Source of the DNA: an uncultured Acidobacteriaceae bacterium
GTDB taxonomy: Bacteria > Acidobacteriota > Terriglobia > Bryobacterales > Bryobacteraceae
DNA length: 64,000 bases
NCBI GenBank assembly: GCA_963705805.1
Contig: CAVPKW010000006.1
Location: 629,518 to 693,517, forward strand
Direction of reading: 5' to 3'
Shown here piece after piece: positions 1 through 9,096 of this stretch (its first letter is position 1; the number at the start of each line of letters is the position of its first letter). Made by a program: the position numbers and the translations under genes. The notes beneath the pieces are model-generated. The model did no database searches, had not been told where the DNA came from, and saw only the letters and a list, made by a program, of their open reading frames with translations.

Positions 1-39
1 GAAGACTGGACTTCATCGTTTCTGCACTATCGGCACGGG

Positions 40-1062
40 TTAAGCACGAACCGTGTGAAGGCGCGGCGTAAACTTTTCGAGGTCGGATGGCAGCGTGAAG
101 CGCACATCCTCCTCTTTGATTTCAGCTTCTTCCAGTTCGCTAAATCCCTTTGCCCGCAGATGGTCGATTAGCTCCTGGACAAGGTGGTCGGGTGCGGAAG
201 CCCCGGCCGTTACGGCCACCGTCTCTACCCCCTCAAGCATTTCCGGCCGCACTTCGCTGCTGTCGTCCAGCAGGTATGCCGGCACGCCCGCCTTCTCGCA
301 AACTTCCACCAGCCGCCTTGAATTCGAACTGTTTTGCGAGCCCACTACAAGTAAAGCCTCGCAGAGCGGGGCCACGGCTTTCACCGCCAGTTGACGATTT
401 TCCGTCGCGTAACAGATGTCCTGCGACTTTGGCCCCCTGATCTTCGGGAACCGCTCCATCAGACGCGTGACAATGTCCTTGGTTTCATCCAGCGAAAGAG
501 TAGTTTGGGTGAGGTAGACGATATGCTCCGGATCCTTGATCTGCAGGCGATCCACATCATTCACGTCGGAGACCAGAATGGTGTTTTGCGGCGCCTCGCC
601 CAAGGTGCCGATCACTTCGTCGTGATCTCTATGACCAATGAGCACAATCGTGTAGCCCTGTTTGGCGAAGCGGACCGCCTCGCCATGGACCTTTGTCACC
701 AACGGGCACGTGGCGTCGATTACCTGTAGACGCCTTCCCCTCGCTTCGGCCCAGACAGCTGGTGAAACGCCATGCGCGCTGAAGATCACACGGGCGCCTT
801 CGGGAACCTCGCTCAGTTCTTCGACAAAAATCGCGCCGGCCTGACGCAATTCCTCCACAACATGGCGGTTATGGACGATTTCCTTGCGAACGTAAATGGG
901 AGCGCCGTAGAGATCCAGCGCAATCTTCACCACATCGATCGCGCGTACCACCCCGGCACAAAATCCACGCGGCTTCAACAGGATGATCTTTTTCGTCGCG
1001 CCCTTAACCGGACTGAAACCGGCTGAAACAGGGGCGTCAAGGTCGAGTCCAGTAGGAGACAT
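40..1062 (-). CDS. ispH: 4-hydroxy-3-methylbut-2-enyl diphosphate reductase (IspH/LytB)
   Basis: 340-aa ORF. The N-terminal KPRGFCAGVVRAIDVV, the ATCPLVTKVH and the ICYATENRQ regions match the three Cys-containing IspH motifs. Length is typical. Confidence 0.9.
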   Translation of the reverse strand: MSPTGLDLDAPVSAGFSPVKGATKKIILLKPRGFCAGVVRAIDVVKIALDLYGAPIYVRKEIVHNRHVVEELRQAGAIFVEELSEVPEGARVIFSAHGVSPAVWAEARGRRLQVIDATCPLVTKVHGEAVRFAKQGYTIVLIGHRDHDEVIGTLGEAPQNTILVSDVNDVDRLQIKDPEHIVYLTQTTLSLDETKDIVTRLMERFPKIRGPKSQDICYATENRQLAVKAVAPLCEALLVVGSQNSSNSRRLVEVCEKAGVPAYLLDDSSEVRPEMLEGVETVAVTAGASAPDHLVQELIDHLRAKGFSELEEAEIKEEDVRFTLPSDLEKFTPRLHTVRA

Positions 1063-1261
1063 AGAAGACAGCTTAAGTATAACAAGTAGCTGTGTTTTCA
1101 GCGTTAAAGAAAACTTAACCTATCGACTTCGAGGGGAGTATGGGCGCTATGAAAGGTCGAATTGCGACTTTTTGAGGTTCGGCGGTAGCAAATGATTTGT
1201 AATGCAGGCTCAACATTCCGGAAACTTCTAATCTCGATCTAAGATGGAGGTAGCCGAAACT

Positions 1262-2377
1262 ATGAGTGTTCCTGCTTCCCAGATGTGGACGAGCGCGACC
1301 TACGTGCTCAAACAAAAGCTTGCCGGACGCAAGCAGTACCCGCTTGTTCTCATGCTGGAGCCGTTGTTCCGTTGCAACCTGGCCTGCGCCGGGTGCGGGA
1401 AAATTCAATACCCCGCCCATGTCTTGAAGCGCCAACTCACTCCGGAAGAATGCTTCCAGGCGGCGGAGGAGTGCGGCGCTCCGATGGTGGCCATTCCCGG
1501 CGGCGAGCCGCTGATGCATCCGCAAATTAAGGAAATAGTGGAAGGGCTGGTAGCGCGCAAGAAGTACATTTATCTCTGCACGAACGCATTGCTGCTGGAG
1601 GAAAAGCTGGATCTTTTTAAGCCCAGCAAGTATTTCAGCTTCTCTGTCCACGTGGATGGCGAGCGCGAGCACCACGACTTCTCAGTCTGCCGGGAAGGCG
1701 GCTACGATATAGCCATCCGCGGAATCAAGGCGGCTCTCGCCCGCGGCTTCCGCGTCACAACGAACACAACGCTCTTTGACGGGGCCGACCCTAACAGTGT
1801 TCGTGGATTTTTCGACGACATGATGGAAGTGGGTGTGGAGAGCATGATGCTTTCGCCCGGCTACTCGTACGACAAGGCGCCTGACCAGCAGCATTTCCTG
1901 GGACGCGCGCGCACGCGGCGGCTGTTCCGGGCCATCCTTTCAAACCGCAAATCCTCCTGGAAGTTCAATATGTCGCCCTTGTTTGGCGAATTCCTCATGG
2001 GGAAGAGGAGCTTCACCTGCACGCCTTGGGGCATGCCCACCTACAACGTCTTTGGCTGGCAGAAACCGTGTTACCTGCTACAGGACGGCTATGCGGACAC
2101 TTTTGACGAATTGATGGTCGAAACCGCGTGGGCGCGGTATGGCACCGAATCGGGCAATCCTAAGTGCGCCAACTGCATGGTCCACAGCGGCTATGAGGCG
2201 TCAGCCGTGAATTATGGGTTCGGCTCGCTGAGCGGCTTCTTCGCGATGGCCAAGGCCAGCTTGTTCAGCCGGTATCGAGACAAGGATGCCCTGGCGCTGC
2301 TGAACGAACCGGCCAAGCCGGTACACTCCTACAATCCTTTGGTCAACATTAACACCGCTGGAGAGACCCAGGCGTGA
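1262..2377 (+). CDS. hpnH: adenosyl-hopene transferase, radical SAM (HpnH)
   Basis: YPLVLMLEPLFRCNLACAGCGKIQYP radical-SAM CxxxCxxC block with HpnH-like collinearity. The ORF opens at 1244, but the ATG at 1262 follows GGAGG (1246-1250) and gives the usual N-terminal length. Confidence 0.85.
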   Translation: MSVPASQMWTSATYVLKQKLAGRKQYPLVLMLEPLFRCNLACAGCGKIQYPAHVLKRQLTPEECFQAAEECGAPMVAIPGGEPLMHPQIKEIVEGLVARKKYIYLCTNALLLEEKLDLFKPSKYFSFSVHVDGEREHHDFSVCREGGYDIAIRGIKAALARGFRVTTNTTLFDGADPNSVRGFFDDMMEVGVESMMLSPGYSYDKAPDQQHFLGRARTRRLFRAILSNRKSSWKFNMSPLFGEFLMGKRSFTCTPWGMPTYNVFGWQKPCYLLQDGYADTFDELMVETAWARYGTESGNPKCANCMVHSGYEASAVNYGFGSLSGFFAMAKASLFSRYRDKDALALLNEPAKPVHSYNPLVNINTAGETQA

Positions 2378-2784
2378 GCGAGCAGGCGCTTAACCCCGAT
2401 GATCTCGAAGTCGTTCCTGGCTTTGCGCAGGAGCATCTGCAAGGCTGGGTTCCAACGCTCGCTACTGAGGATGAAATTCGTAGCGCGCTCGAAAAGGCAT
2501 TCGACTATCGGGGCGACGTCAAACTCACGCGCAAGGACGGCAGTGTTGTCGACGGTTATCTTTACGACCGCAAGCAAGACCGGACGCTAGCCGCTTCGCT
2601 GGTGCGCCTGCTCCCGGCGGACGGCAGCCCGCGCGTAAGCATTCCGTACTCCGATATCGCTGCGCTCCAGTTCAGCGAGCGAGACCCCGCCGCCGGCAGA
2701 AGCTGGGAAGCCTGGGTACGGAAATACTGGGAGAAGAAAGCGGCGGGCCAAACGGCTGAGATCGAGCCCGAAGCGTTAGATTAG
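2374..2784 (+). CDS. hypothetical protein, translationally coupled to hpnH
   Basis: 136-aa ORF whose GTG start overlaps the hpnH stop (GTGA). Composition is protein-like. I recognise no family. Confidence 0.5.
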   Translation: MSEQALNPDDLEVVPGFAQEHLQGWVPTLATEDEIRSALEKAFDYRGDVKLTRKDGSVVDGYLYDRKQDRTLAASLVRLLPADGSPRVSIPYSDIAALQFSERDPAAGRSWEAWVRKYWEKKAAGQTAEIEPEALD

Positions 2785-5501
2785 GCCTCCACCGCAATAA
2801 TTTCGCCAATTCCCAGATCGCGCAACGGCTGCTCCACTTGCAACCGGTCTCCTACGACCATCCAGATGATGTTGTCCGGATTGAGCAGTAATTTTGCTGC
2901 GGCCTCGATATCCTCAATCGTCAGGGCCGCAACGCGCCCAACGTAGCCGTCATAAAAATCGAGCGGCAGGCCCAATTGAAGCAGGTCTCCGAACAGGTTG
3001 CCGACGGCATTCATCGTTTCATGCGACCCCGGCAGTTCGAAGATTTGCTGCTGCTTCACCTTGTCCAGTTCCTCGTTAGTGACGGGCTTCGTCCCGGTCA
3101 TACCGATTAGCTCGCTTAACATCTCGGAGATGGAATCAGCCGTTTTATCACCCTGAACGGAGGCATAGGCCAGAAAAGGCCGTTGCGCGCGGGCGCCGTA
3201 GAGAACAGACCCTGCGCCGTAAGACCAATGCTTGTTTTCGCGGAGGTTCATGTTGAGGCGTGCGCCGAAAGTCCCGCCGAAGACATTGTTCATCGTCTCG
3301 AGCGGAATCTCGGTTTGAGCATCGGGCGGGGGCGCGATGGCGCCGGCGATCACCACGGAGTGCAGCGCGCCCGGCTTGTCGACAAGATAGATAGCCGGCT
3401 TTGATGGCCGCGGAACCGTGTTCAACTTCTTGGCTGGCACAGCAGCGGTTCGCCAGCCGGCAAAAAACTGCTCCAGCCAGGGTTTGATTTCACCCAGGGT
3501 GGTATCGCCGACGACGATCAAGGTTGCATTGCCCGGCTTGAACCAGGTTGCGTGAAAACGAGCTGCGTGTTCGCGGGTAAGTCTGCGTACGCTCTCTTCT
3601 GTTCCCGAGCCCGTCAGCGGGACACCGTAGGCGTGATCGCTGCCGAAGAGGATGGGAGGCAGCGCTCTTAACCCCATTTGCACCGGAGTCACTTTTTCGT
3701 TCGCGATAGCAGCAAGCTGAAGCTGCCTTTGGCGCTCGAAATCCGCCTCCGGGAACACCGGATTCAGAATCACGTCCGCGTAGAGATCCAGGACATCTTT
3801 CAGCGTTGGCTTCAGAGCGGAAAGATAGACGGTGGAGATGTCGAGATTGGAGCGGCTGGTCAACTGAGCGCCCAGTGAGAGCAATTCATCGTTGATTTCG
3901 AGCGCCGTGCGGCGGCTGGTTCCGCCGGTCAACAGAGCGGAAGTGAGACGAGCTGTTCCTGGAAGCGCCGTCTGATCCGCCGCATACCCGGCGTTCACAT
4001 CCAGCCAGAAATTCACCACGGGGATGTCGTGCCGCTCGGCCACCAGAATTCGCAACCCGTTGCTGAGTTTGTCCTCGCGCAGTCTGGGCAACTTAAGATC
4101 GTGCGGCGGACCGGGTTCGGGAACCGCGCTACGGTCTGACGGCGCCGCGGCCGCCTTTTGATTGGCTTCGAATGGCAGAACCTGGAGCGCATAAACGCCG
4201 TCTGACAACCACTCGCGAGCGGCATCCCGCAAATCCGCGCCGGTCGCTTCTTCCAGGTTGTGCAGCCGCTGTTTGTAGCCTCGGGGCGTGCCCAGATAGG
4301 TCTGGCTGGTATTGAGGATATCTGATTTGCCGCCGAACCCCCCAATGCGCTCCACGCCGCGTACAAAAGCGGCATAGGACTGCGCCTTCACACGTTCGAG
4401 TTCGCGCTCGGCCGGTCCATGTTCGAGGAAACGAGCGAGTTCCTCATCTAGCGCCTTTTCTATTTTTCGCGGATCTTCGCCCTGCCGCGCGGTGGCGACT
4501 ACGACGAACTGGCTTCCGATCTCGCGCTCATCCAGGTAAGCGCCCACTTGGGTGGCAATCTGCTCGTCGTAAACCAGGCGTTTGTATAGGCGCGAGGTCT
4601 TGCCGCTCGACAGCACAGCGGCAGCCATGCGGAGATGATCTGCGCTAGCGGTCCCATACCCGGGAACGTTCCAGATCTTGTAAATGCGCCCGTGTGGCAC
4701 GCGATCTTCCACCACTTCGCGATGCTCGCCGGCCATCCTGGCGATCCACGCGCGCTGATGCGCCACAGGCGGACCAGACGGAATATCGTTGAAGTAGCGG
4801 CGAACTTTTTCTTCGGCTTGCTTCGTCGTGATGTCGCCGGCAATTACGAGTGATGCATTCGAAGGCGTGTAGTAGGTTTTGAACCACTCCTTGACGTCCT
4901 CGAGTGTGGCGGAATCGAGGTCTTCCATCGACCCAATTACTGTGTGGTCATAGGGATGACCAACCGGGTAAGTGGACTTCACAACCAGCTCTTCCACCAC
5001 CGCGTACGGCTGATTCTCGCCCTGGCGCTTTTCGTTCTTTACTACTCCACGCTGCAAGTCGAGAATTTCCTGGCTGATCGTGTTATAGAAATGCCCCATG
5101 CGATCAGATTCCGCAAACAGCGCATAGTCCAGCGCGGAGGTGGGCACGTTCTCGAAGTAGTTGGTGCGATCTTCGCTGGTGGTGCCGTTCAGGTCGGTGG
5201 CGCCCACCCGTTCCATGGCCTCGATATAGCTGCCCTCGAGATGCTCGCTGCCACCGAACATGAGGTGTTCGAACAGGTGCGCAAAACCGGTCTTGCCGCG
5301 CTTCTCATTCTTAGAACCCACGTGGTACCAGATGTTCGCCGCGACAATCGGGGTTTTGTGATCTTCATGGACAATGACCTTCAAGCCGTTGTCCAGGGTG
5401 AACTCTTCGCAAGGGATTTCTAGATGGGAGAATTGCATTCGGGGGTGAAACCGCCACGATAGCAGACGCCGGGCGGCCGGAAGCACGCGGCGCTGTCCCA
5501 A
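2781..5501 (-). CDS. M16 family (pitrilysin/insulinase-like) zinc peptidase, tandem two-unit form
   Basis: HLFEHLMFGGSEH (HxxEH zinc motif) near the N-terminus. About 900 aa, consistent with two M16 domain pairs. TTG start at 5501 is preceded by AAGGAGAAGG. Confidence 0.85.
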   Translation of the reverse strand: MGQRRVLPAARRLLSWRFHPRMQFSHLEIPCEEFTLDNGLKVIVHEDHKTPIVAANIWYHVGSKNEKRGKTGFAHLFEHLMFGGSEHLEGSYIEAMERVGATDLNGTTSEDRTNYFENVPTSALDYALFAESDRMGHFYNTISQEILDLQRGVVKNEKRQGENQPYAVVEELVVKSTYPVGHPYDHTVIGSMEDLDSATLEDVKEWFKTYYTPSNASLVIAGDITTKQAEEKVRRYFNDIPSGPPVAHQRAWIARMAGEHREVVEDRVPHGRIYKIWNVPGYGTASADHLRMAAAVLSSGKTSRLYKRLVYDEQIATQVGAYLDEREIGSQFVVVATARQGEDPRKIEKALDEELARFLEHGPAERELERVKAQSYAAFVRGVERIGGFGGKSDILNTSQTYLGTPRGYKQRLHNLEEATGADLRDAAREWLSDGVYALQVLPFEANQKAAAAPSDRSAVPEPGPPHDLKLPRLREDKLSNGLRILVAERHDIPVVNFWLDVNAGYAADQTALPGTARLTSALLTGGTSRRTALEINDELLSLGAQLTSRSNLDISTVYLSALKPTLKDVLDLYADVILNPVFPEADFERQRQLQLAAIANEKVTPVQMGLRALPPILFGSDHAYGVPLTGSGTEESVRRLTREHAARFHATWFKPGNATLIVVGDTTLGEIKPWLEQFFAGWRTAAVPAKKLNTVPRPSKPAIYLVDKPGALHSVVIAGAIAPPPDAQTEIPLETMNNVFGGTFGARLNMNLRENKHWSYGAGSVLYGARAQRPFLAYASVQGDKTADSISEMLSELIGMTGTKPVTNEELDKVKQQQIFELPGSHETMNAVGNLFGDLLQLGLPLDFYDGYVGRVAALTIEDIEAAAKLLLNPDNIIWMVVGDRLQVEQPLRDLGIGEIIAVEA

Positions 5502-5528
5502 GCGCCTTCTCCTTTACGATCACCTCTG

Positions 5529-5610
5529 GTCACGTGTTTCCTAAGTTTCTTGACGCCAACTGATCGTTCATCAGCGTGAACGCTCGAAACGGAGCCGCGA
5601 CCGTCAGGGA
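5529..5610 (-). repeat. 3' part (82 nt) of the ~117-nt GTTTC/GAAAC-rich intergenic element, copy A (split by the IS)
   Basis: The reverse complement aligns almost base for base with 37903-37984. It ends 27 nt upstream of the M16 peptidase start. Positions 5601-5610 (CCGTCAGGGA) are one copy of the IS target duplication. Confidence 0.85.
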
Positions 5611-7362
5611 CTGTGAAAAAATCCAAGGCTGGGAAAAACCGGCGATGGAAAGACGGAAACTTGTCATTACAGAATACATGGTTGTGCAAGTATGATTCGG
5701 GACGCCAGCCACGCCCAAGTTTCTTTAGAAATGATCCCAACCGCCCTAAATTCGTCTCCGCGAGGCAGGAGGACGAGGGGAAAAGGCCTTTATGATCTGG
5801 AATCTACTGCGCGACCGCCGGTCGGACGCGGATCCACTGCCTAACGTTGTAAGCCAAGGCGATCCACAACGCTTCCGTACCCGCCTTCACAATCCCACGT
5901 ACCGAAAATTGCCTCAGCTTTTGCACTCCCTTGATCCACAGATGCGGAAACTCGGCAATTTCACAACGCTTCTGATAAAGCGTCTTCACCGCTCGACGTT
6001 TCATACGTGCCAGATAGCCGCTCATCGCCTTACTCTCTACCGGTAACTCCACACGCCGCGGCCCACCACGATAGCCGCAACACTGTTTGAGGAACTGGCA
6101 ACTCTTGCAATTCTTAGCTTGGGCTTGAAAGATGGTTTTGACTACGCCGTGATGTTTCTTTTGTCCGATCGCCACCAAGGTCTTGCCATCCGGGCACAAC
6201 AACGCTTGGCCACGCCCCTGCCGCTGAAAGGCAGTGGCTGCAAACTCTTTCGCAATCCCGGCGCGAGCGCACGCCCCGGCTTGCCGCGCGGCATCGCCTT
6301 TCCACGGCGCAATCAGTTCCACATTCCGCTCGGCCGTTTGTTCCACGTTGTCGCGCGTGGCATACCCGTTGTCGGCGATGATCGTCTGCGGAGTCGCCAA
6401 GCCACTCTGCTCGATCCGCTCCAGCGCTGGTATCAGTTGATGCAGATCGTTGTGATCGCCCGTCAATCCAACCGCTACGATCATGCGCGATTGCGCTTCG
6501 CTGGTGACCTGCATGTTGTAGCCGGGATGGAAGCCACCGTCGTTGTCTTTCATCTTGCGCGCTTCCGGTTCACTATCACTGACGCGCAAATCCGCCCGAT
6601 TTTTCGGCGTTGTGCGGGCTTCCAGGTTTTCCAGTTCTTTCAGCGCCGCTTCGCCGCGGGCCACCGCTTCGCGCGCCGCACGCTGTTGCGCGGCTTGCCG
6701 CCGCTTGTCCATCTGCTCGTGTTCCTGGGCGGCTTCGCGGTCCAACTTCTTGACCACTTTGCGGGCCGCCCTCAGGCGTTTTTCTAATGTCCGGCGCCGG
6801 TGCAAAGAACTCTTCGCCGCTTGCGCCTTCATCTTGGTTCCATCTTGCAGCAGGGTCTCCAGATTCACCACTCCAGCTTTCTCCAGCATCGCCAGAAACT
6901 CAATGAATAGCTTCTCCAGCGCCTCCCGGTGCCCCACCCGAAAATCCGCCAGCGTGTGATAGTTCACCTCTTGGCCTGCCGCTAGCCAGCGCAGGCCCGG
7001 TTCCTGCGACATCATCCGTTCAATCGACCGTGCCGAGGCCACGCCCAGTGTGTAGCAATACACCCAGATGCTCACCAGCAGGCGTGGCGACCAACAGGGC
7101 CGGCCCGCTTCGCCCTCCCGTGTTTTGCAGTCTTTGGCAAACTGTTCCAGATTGAGCTTCCCGGCCAGTTCCCAGATCACTCGCGCCGGGTGGTTCGCCT
7201 CGATCAGAATCTCGTAATCCAATACTTGAAAACTGGTTTGCGAGCGGTCGATCGGTTTGTACTTGATCTTGCCGACCAGCGGCTTGTCGCTACTCACTCT
7301 TCTAGCGTAAATCCAGTTCAAACATTTTGTGCCCTAAATGTTCCGGATATTTTTTCACAATC
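5611..7362 (-). mobile_element. IS1182/IS5-type insertion sequence (~1.75 kb), apparently intact
   Basis: Single DDE transposase ORF. Imperfect terminal inverted repeats: 5611 CTGTGAAAAAATCC, and 7345 GGATATTTTTTCACAATC ending at 7362. Flanked by the perfect direct repeat CCGTCAGGGA (5601-5610 and 7363-7372). The uninterrupted element copy at 37903-37912 carries that 10-mer only once. Confidence 0.85.
5804..7321 (-). CDS. IS1182-family (IS5-like) DDE transposase
   Basis: 505 aa. The N-terminal SQTSFQVLDYEILIEANHPARVIWEL block, a central charged coiled region and the C-terminal IIADNGYATRDN DDE region are typical of IS1182/IS5-like transposases. Confidence 0.85.
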   Translation of the reverse strand: MNWIYARRVSSDKPLVGKIKYKPIDRSQTSFQVLDYEILIEANHPARVIWELAGKLNLEQFAKDCKTREGEAGRPCWSPRLLVSIWVYCYTLGVASARSIERMMSQEPGLRWLAAGQEVNYHTLADFRVGHREALEKLFIEFLAMLEKAGVVNLETLLQDGTKMKAQAAKSSLHRRRTLEKRLRAARKVVKKLDREAAQEHEQMDKRRQAAQQRAAREAVARGEAALKELENLEARTTPKNRADLRVSDSEPEARKMKDNDGGFHPGYNMQVTSEAQSRMIVAVGLTGDHNDLHQLIPALERIEQSGLATPQTIIADNGYATRDNVEQTAERNVELIAPWKGDAARQAGACARAGIAKEFAATAFQRQGRGQALLCPDGKTLVAIGQKKHHGVVKTIFQAQAKNCKSCQFLKQCCGYRGGPRRVELPVESKAMSGYLARMKRRAVKTLYQKRCEIAEFPHLWIKGVQKLRQFSVRGIVKAGTEALWIALAYNVRQWIRVRPAVAQ

Positions 7363-7408
7363 CCGTCAGGGAGCGTGTATGGACGAAACGTAAAGGAATT
7401 TCCGAAAC
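7363..7408 (-). repeat. 5' part (46 nt) of the ~117-nt intergenic element, copy A
   Basis: The reverse complement (GTTTCGGAAATTCCTTTACGTTTCGTCCATACACGCTCCCTGACGG) aligns with 37868-37912. Positions 7363-7372 are the second copy of the target duplication. Confidence 0.8.
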
Positions 7409-7409
7409 G

Positions 7410-7580
7410 ATGTTGATCGACCATCAGGTCGGCACGATAGCCTGGGCACATTCAGGTGACATCAACCTCGTGAAGGAGAATGCGCTGAGGCTCGCGACAA
7501 TCGCCAAGGCTGTGGGCATGCCCGCGGTGCTGACCGCAAGTATGGAGGATCAGGCTCAAGGGCCGCTCGTCCAAGTATGA
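7410..7580 (+). pseudogene. isochorismatase-family (YcaC-like) hydrolase, 5' fragment only
   Basis: MLIDHQVGTIAWAHSGD...PAVLTASMEDQAQGPL matches the first ~55 residues of YcaC-like hydrolases (usually ~180-200 aa). It then runs into a stop. Confidence 0.6.
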
Positions 7581-7768
7581 AAGCAGAACCGAAAACCATG
7601 CCAAGCCTTGTGCCACCATTCACAAAAGAAACGGCGATTCTGAAGATACGAGTCATCGAGGATAACTGGAACTCCCGCAACCCGGAGCAACTCGCACGCG
7701 GGTACTCGGAGCCATCCCGGACTAAGCGATCTCGGCCTCTGAGGGAGAACATCGATGATCTTGTATAA
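7577..7768 (+). pseudogene. DUF1348-like (NTF2/SnoaL-fold) protein, 5' fragment only
   Basis: PPFTKETAILKIRVIEDNWNSRNPEQLARGY resembles the N-terminus of DUF1348 proteins (~150 aa). The ORF stops after 63 aa. Confidence 0.5.
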
Positions 7769-8032
7769 GACGATTGTCGGCTTTGCTGCGGGTGTCGCGC
7801 TGGTTCTGAAATTGTCCAAGGACGAGGAGGTCCGGTCGGAAGGTTTCGCCCTAACTTTGGCATGACCGGCTCGCCCGGCGCACTGCTGCTGCTGCCGGCC
7901 AGCCCTATGAAGTGGGACCCTAAGGTACTGGTAGTTGACGCCATCTGTTGGGGCGTCGCTGGCGCGCTGTTTAGCGCTACGAACTACTTTACGCACATCG
8001 GCCTGCTCATGAACACTTCCGACTCATTCTAG
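7755..8032 (+). pseudogene. remnants of a small membrane protein gene (two short ORFs in different frames)
   Basis: 7755-7865 (36 aa, hydrophobic N-terminus) and 7862-8032 (56 aa, hydrophobic) are contiguous but out of frame. Neither has a convincing independent start context. Confidence 0.3.
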
Positions 8033-8478
8033 TAGCCCGTTGCCAACAAATTTTGCGCGCGCCTGCGATGCGGATTTTTCGGGCTAATGCAGAGTCGAAT
8101 CGAAATGTCCTCGAAGCCCGTTTCTGGACCCCAACACTGATTCCTTCTGGGAAGGGCTGTTCACACCAGCTATCGTAAATGCGGCTGGCGACCCCAGCAC
8201 CTCTCTGACAAGGACTACACGGCCATGTAGATAGTTTCCGAGTGCAGAGATTGGCCGCTTATGCCGACAACTCAGGAGTAATCCGAAGAAGCCAACTCAA
8301 AAGAGTTCCATGCAGGCAGTCGGGGAGTTCGGGCAAAATTACTTCGTTGCGCTTGCCAGGAGGAGAGCCGCTACGCCGGTGCGTGTTAGTTAACACCTGC
8401 CTGAGGTTGCCGTTCCTGGACCGCTTGCATCAGTCACCCAAAACCTTCAACGGAACGATCCAAGCTATTGATTTGATT

Positions 8479-9096
8479 TCAAACCAGTAACGCTACAAAA
8501 CCAGTTACTACCAATGCGATAGCCCATATCAGGTCCAGATTGAACCACGACCGGCGAAGCATGGCCAGGCCGAATTTCTGATAAACGAGCAATGCCACCG
8601 ATGCGGTCACGGTGAAGTATCCCATCGTGTGGATTAGCGTGGCCCAAACGCCGCCGGTAACGCCTTGCGATGCGGCGTGGCGATGCGCATGAGGCCCTGC
8701 CAGCACCACCGGCAGCACCATGAGGCCAGCGCCGTGCGCGGACGCCATTAGAAAGGACCAGATAGTGAGTTCACGAAAGCCTACTTGCATGCCGCCCCAG
8801 CGGAAGTGCCGGCTGCGAATCAGCCTGTACACACCCAGTCCCACCAGCGCCACAGCGACGCCGATGCGGATGTAAACCAGCGGCAGCACCACCTGCGCTA
8901 ATCCAAAGATGAGAACCACCACGCCGATGGACAGAGCGTGACCCAGGGCGATGGGCGGCAGCGACCACGCGACAGCTCGGGCGCGATGCTCCTGCATGCC
9001 GCGAGCCACCGCGAACAACCACCCCATTCCAGGATTGATGCCGTGATAGGCCCCAAGCAAAAAGAGCGTGGGCCAGACCGCTAACCCTTCGCTCAT
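8479..9096 (-). CDS. integral membrane protein (~6 TM), unknown function, coupled to the SBP56 gene
   Basis: 205 aa and strongly hydrophobic. Its ATG overlaps the SBP56 stop (ATGA). It has two His-containing motifs (GAYHGINPGMGW and ASAHGAGLMVLP). Confidence 0.6.
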   Translation of the reverse strand: MSEGLAVWPTLFLLGAYHGINPGMGWLFAVARGMQEHRARAVAWSLPPIALGHALSIGVVVLIFGLAQVVLPLVYIRIGVAVALVGLGVYRLIRSRHFRWGGMQVGFRELTIWSFLMASAHGAGLMVLPVVLAGPHAHRHAASQGVTGGVWATLIHTMGYFTVTASVALLVYQKFGLAMLRRSWFNLDLIWAIALVVTGFVALLV

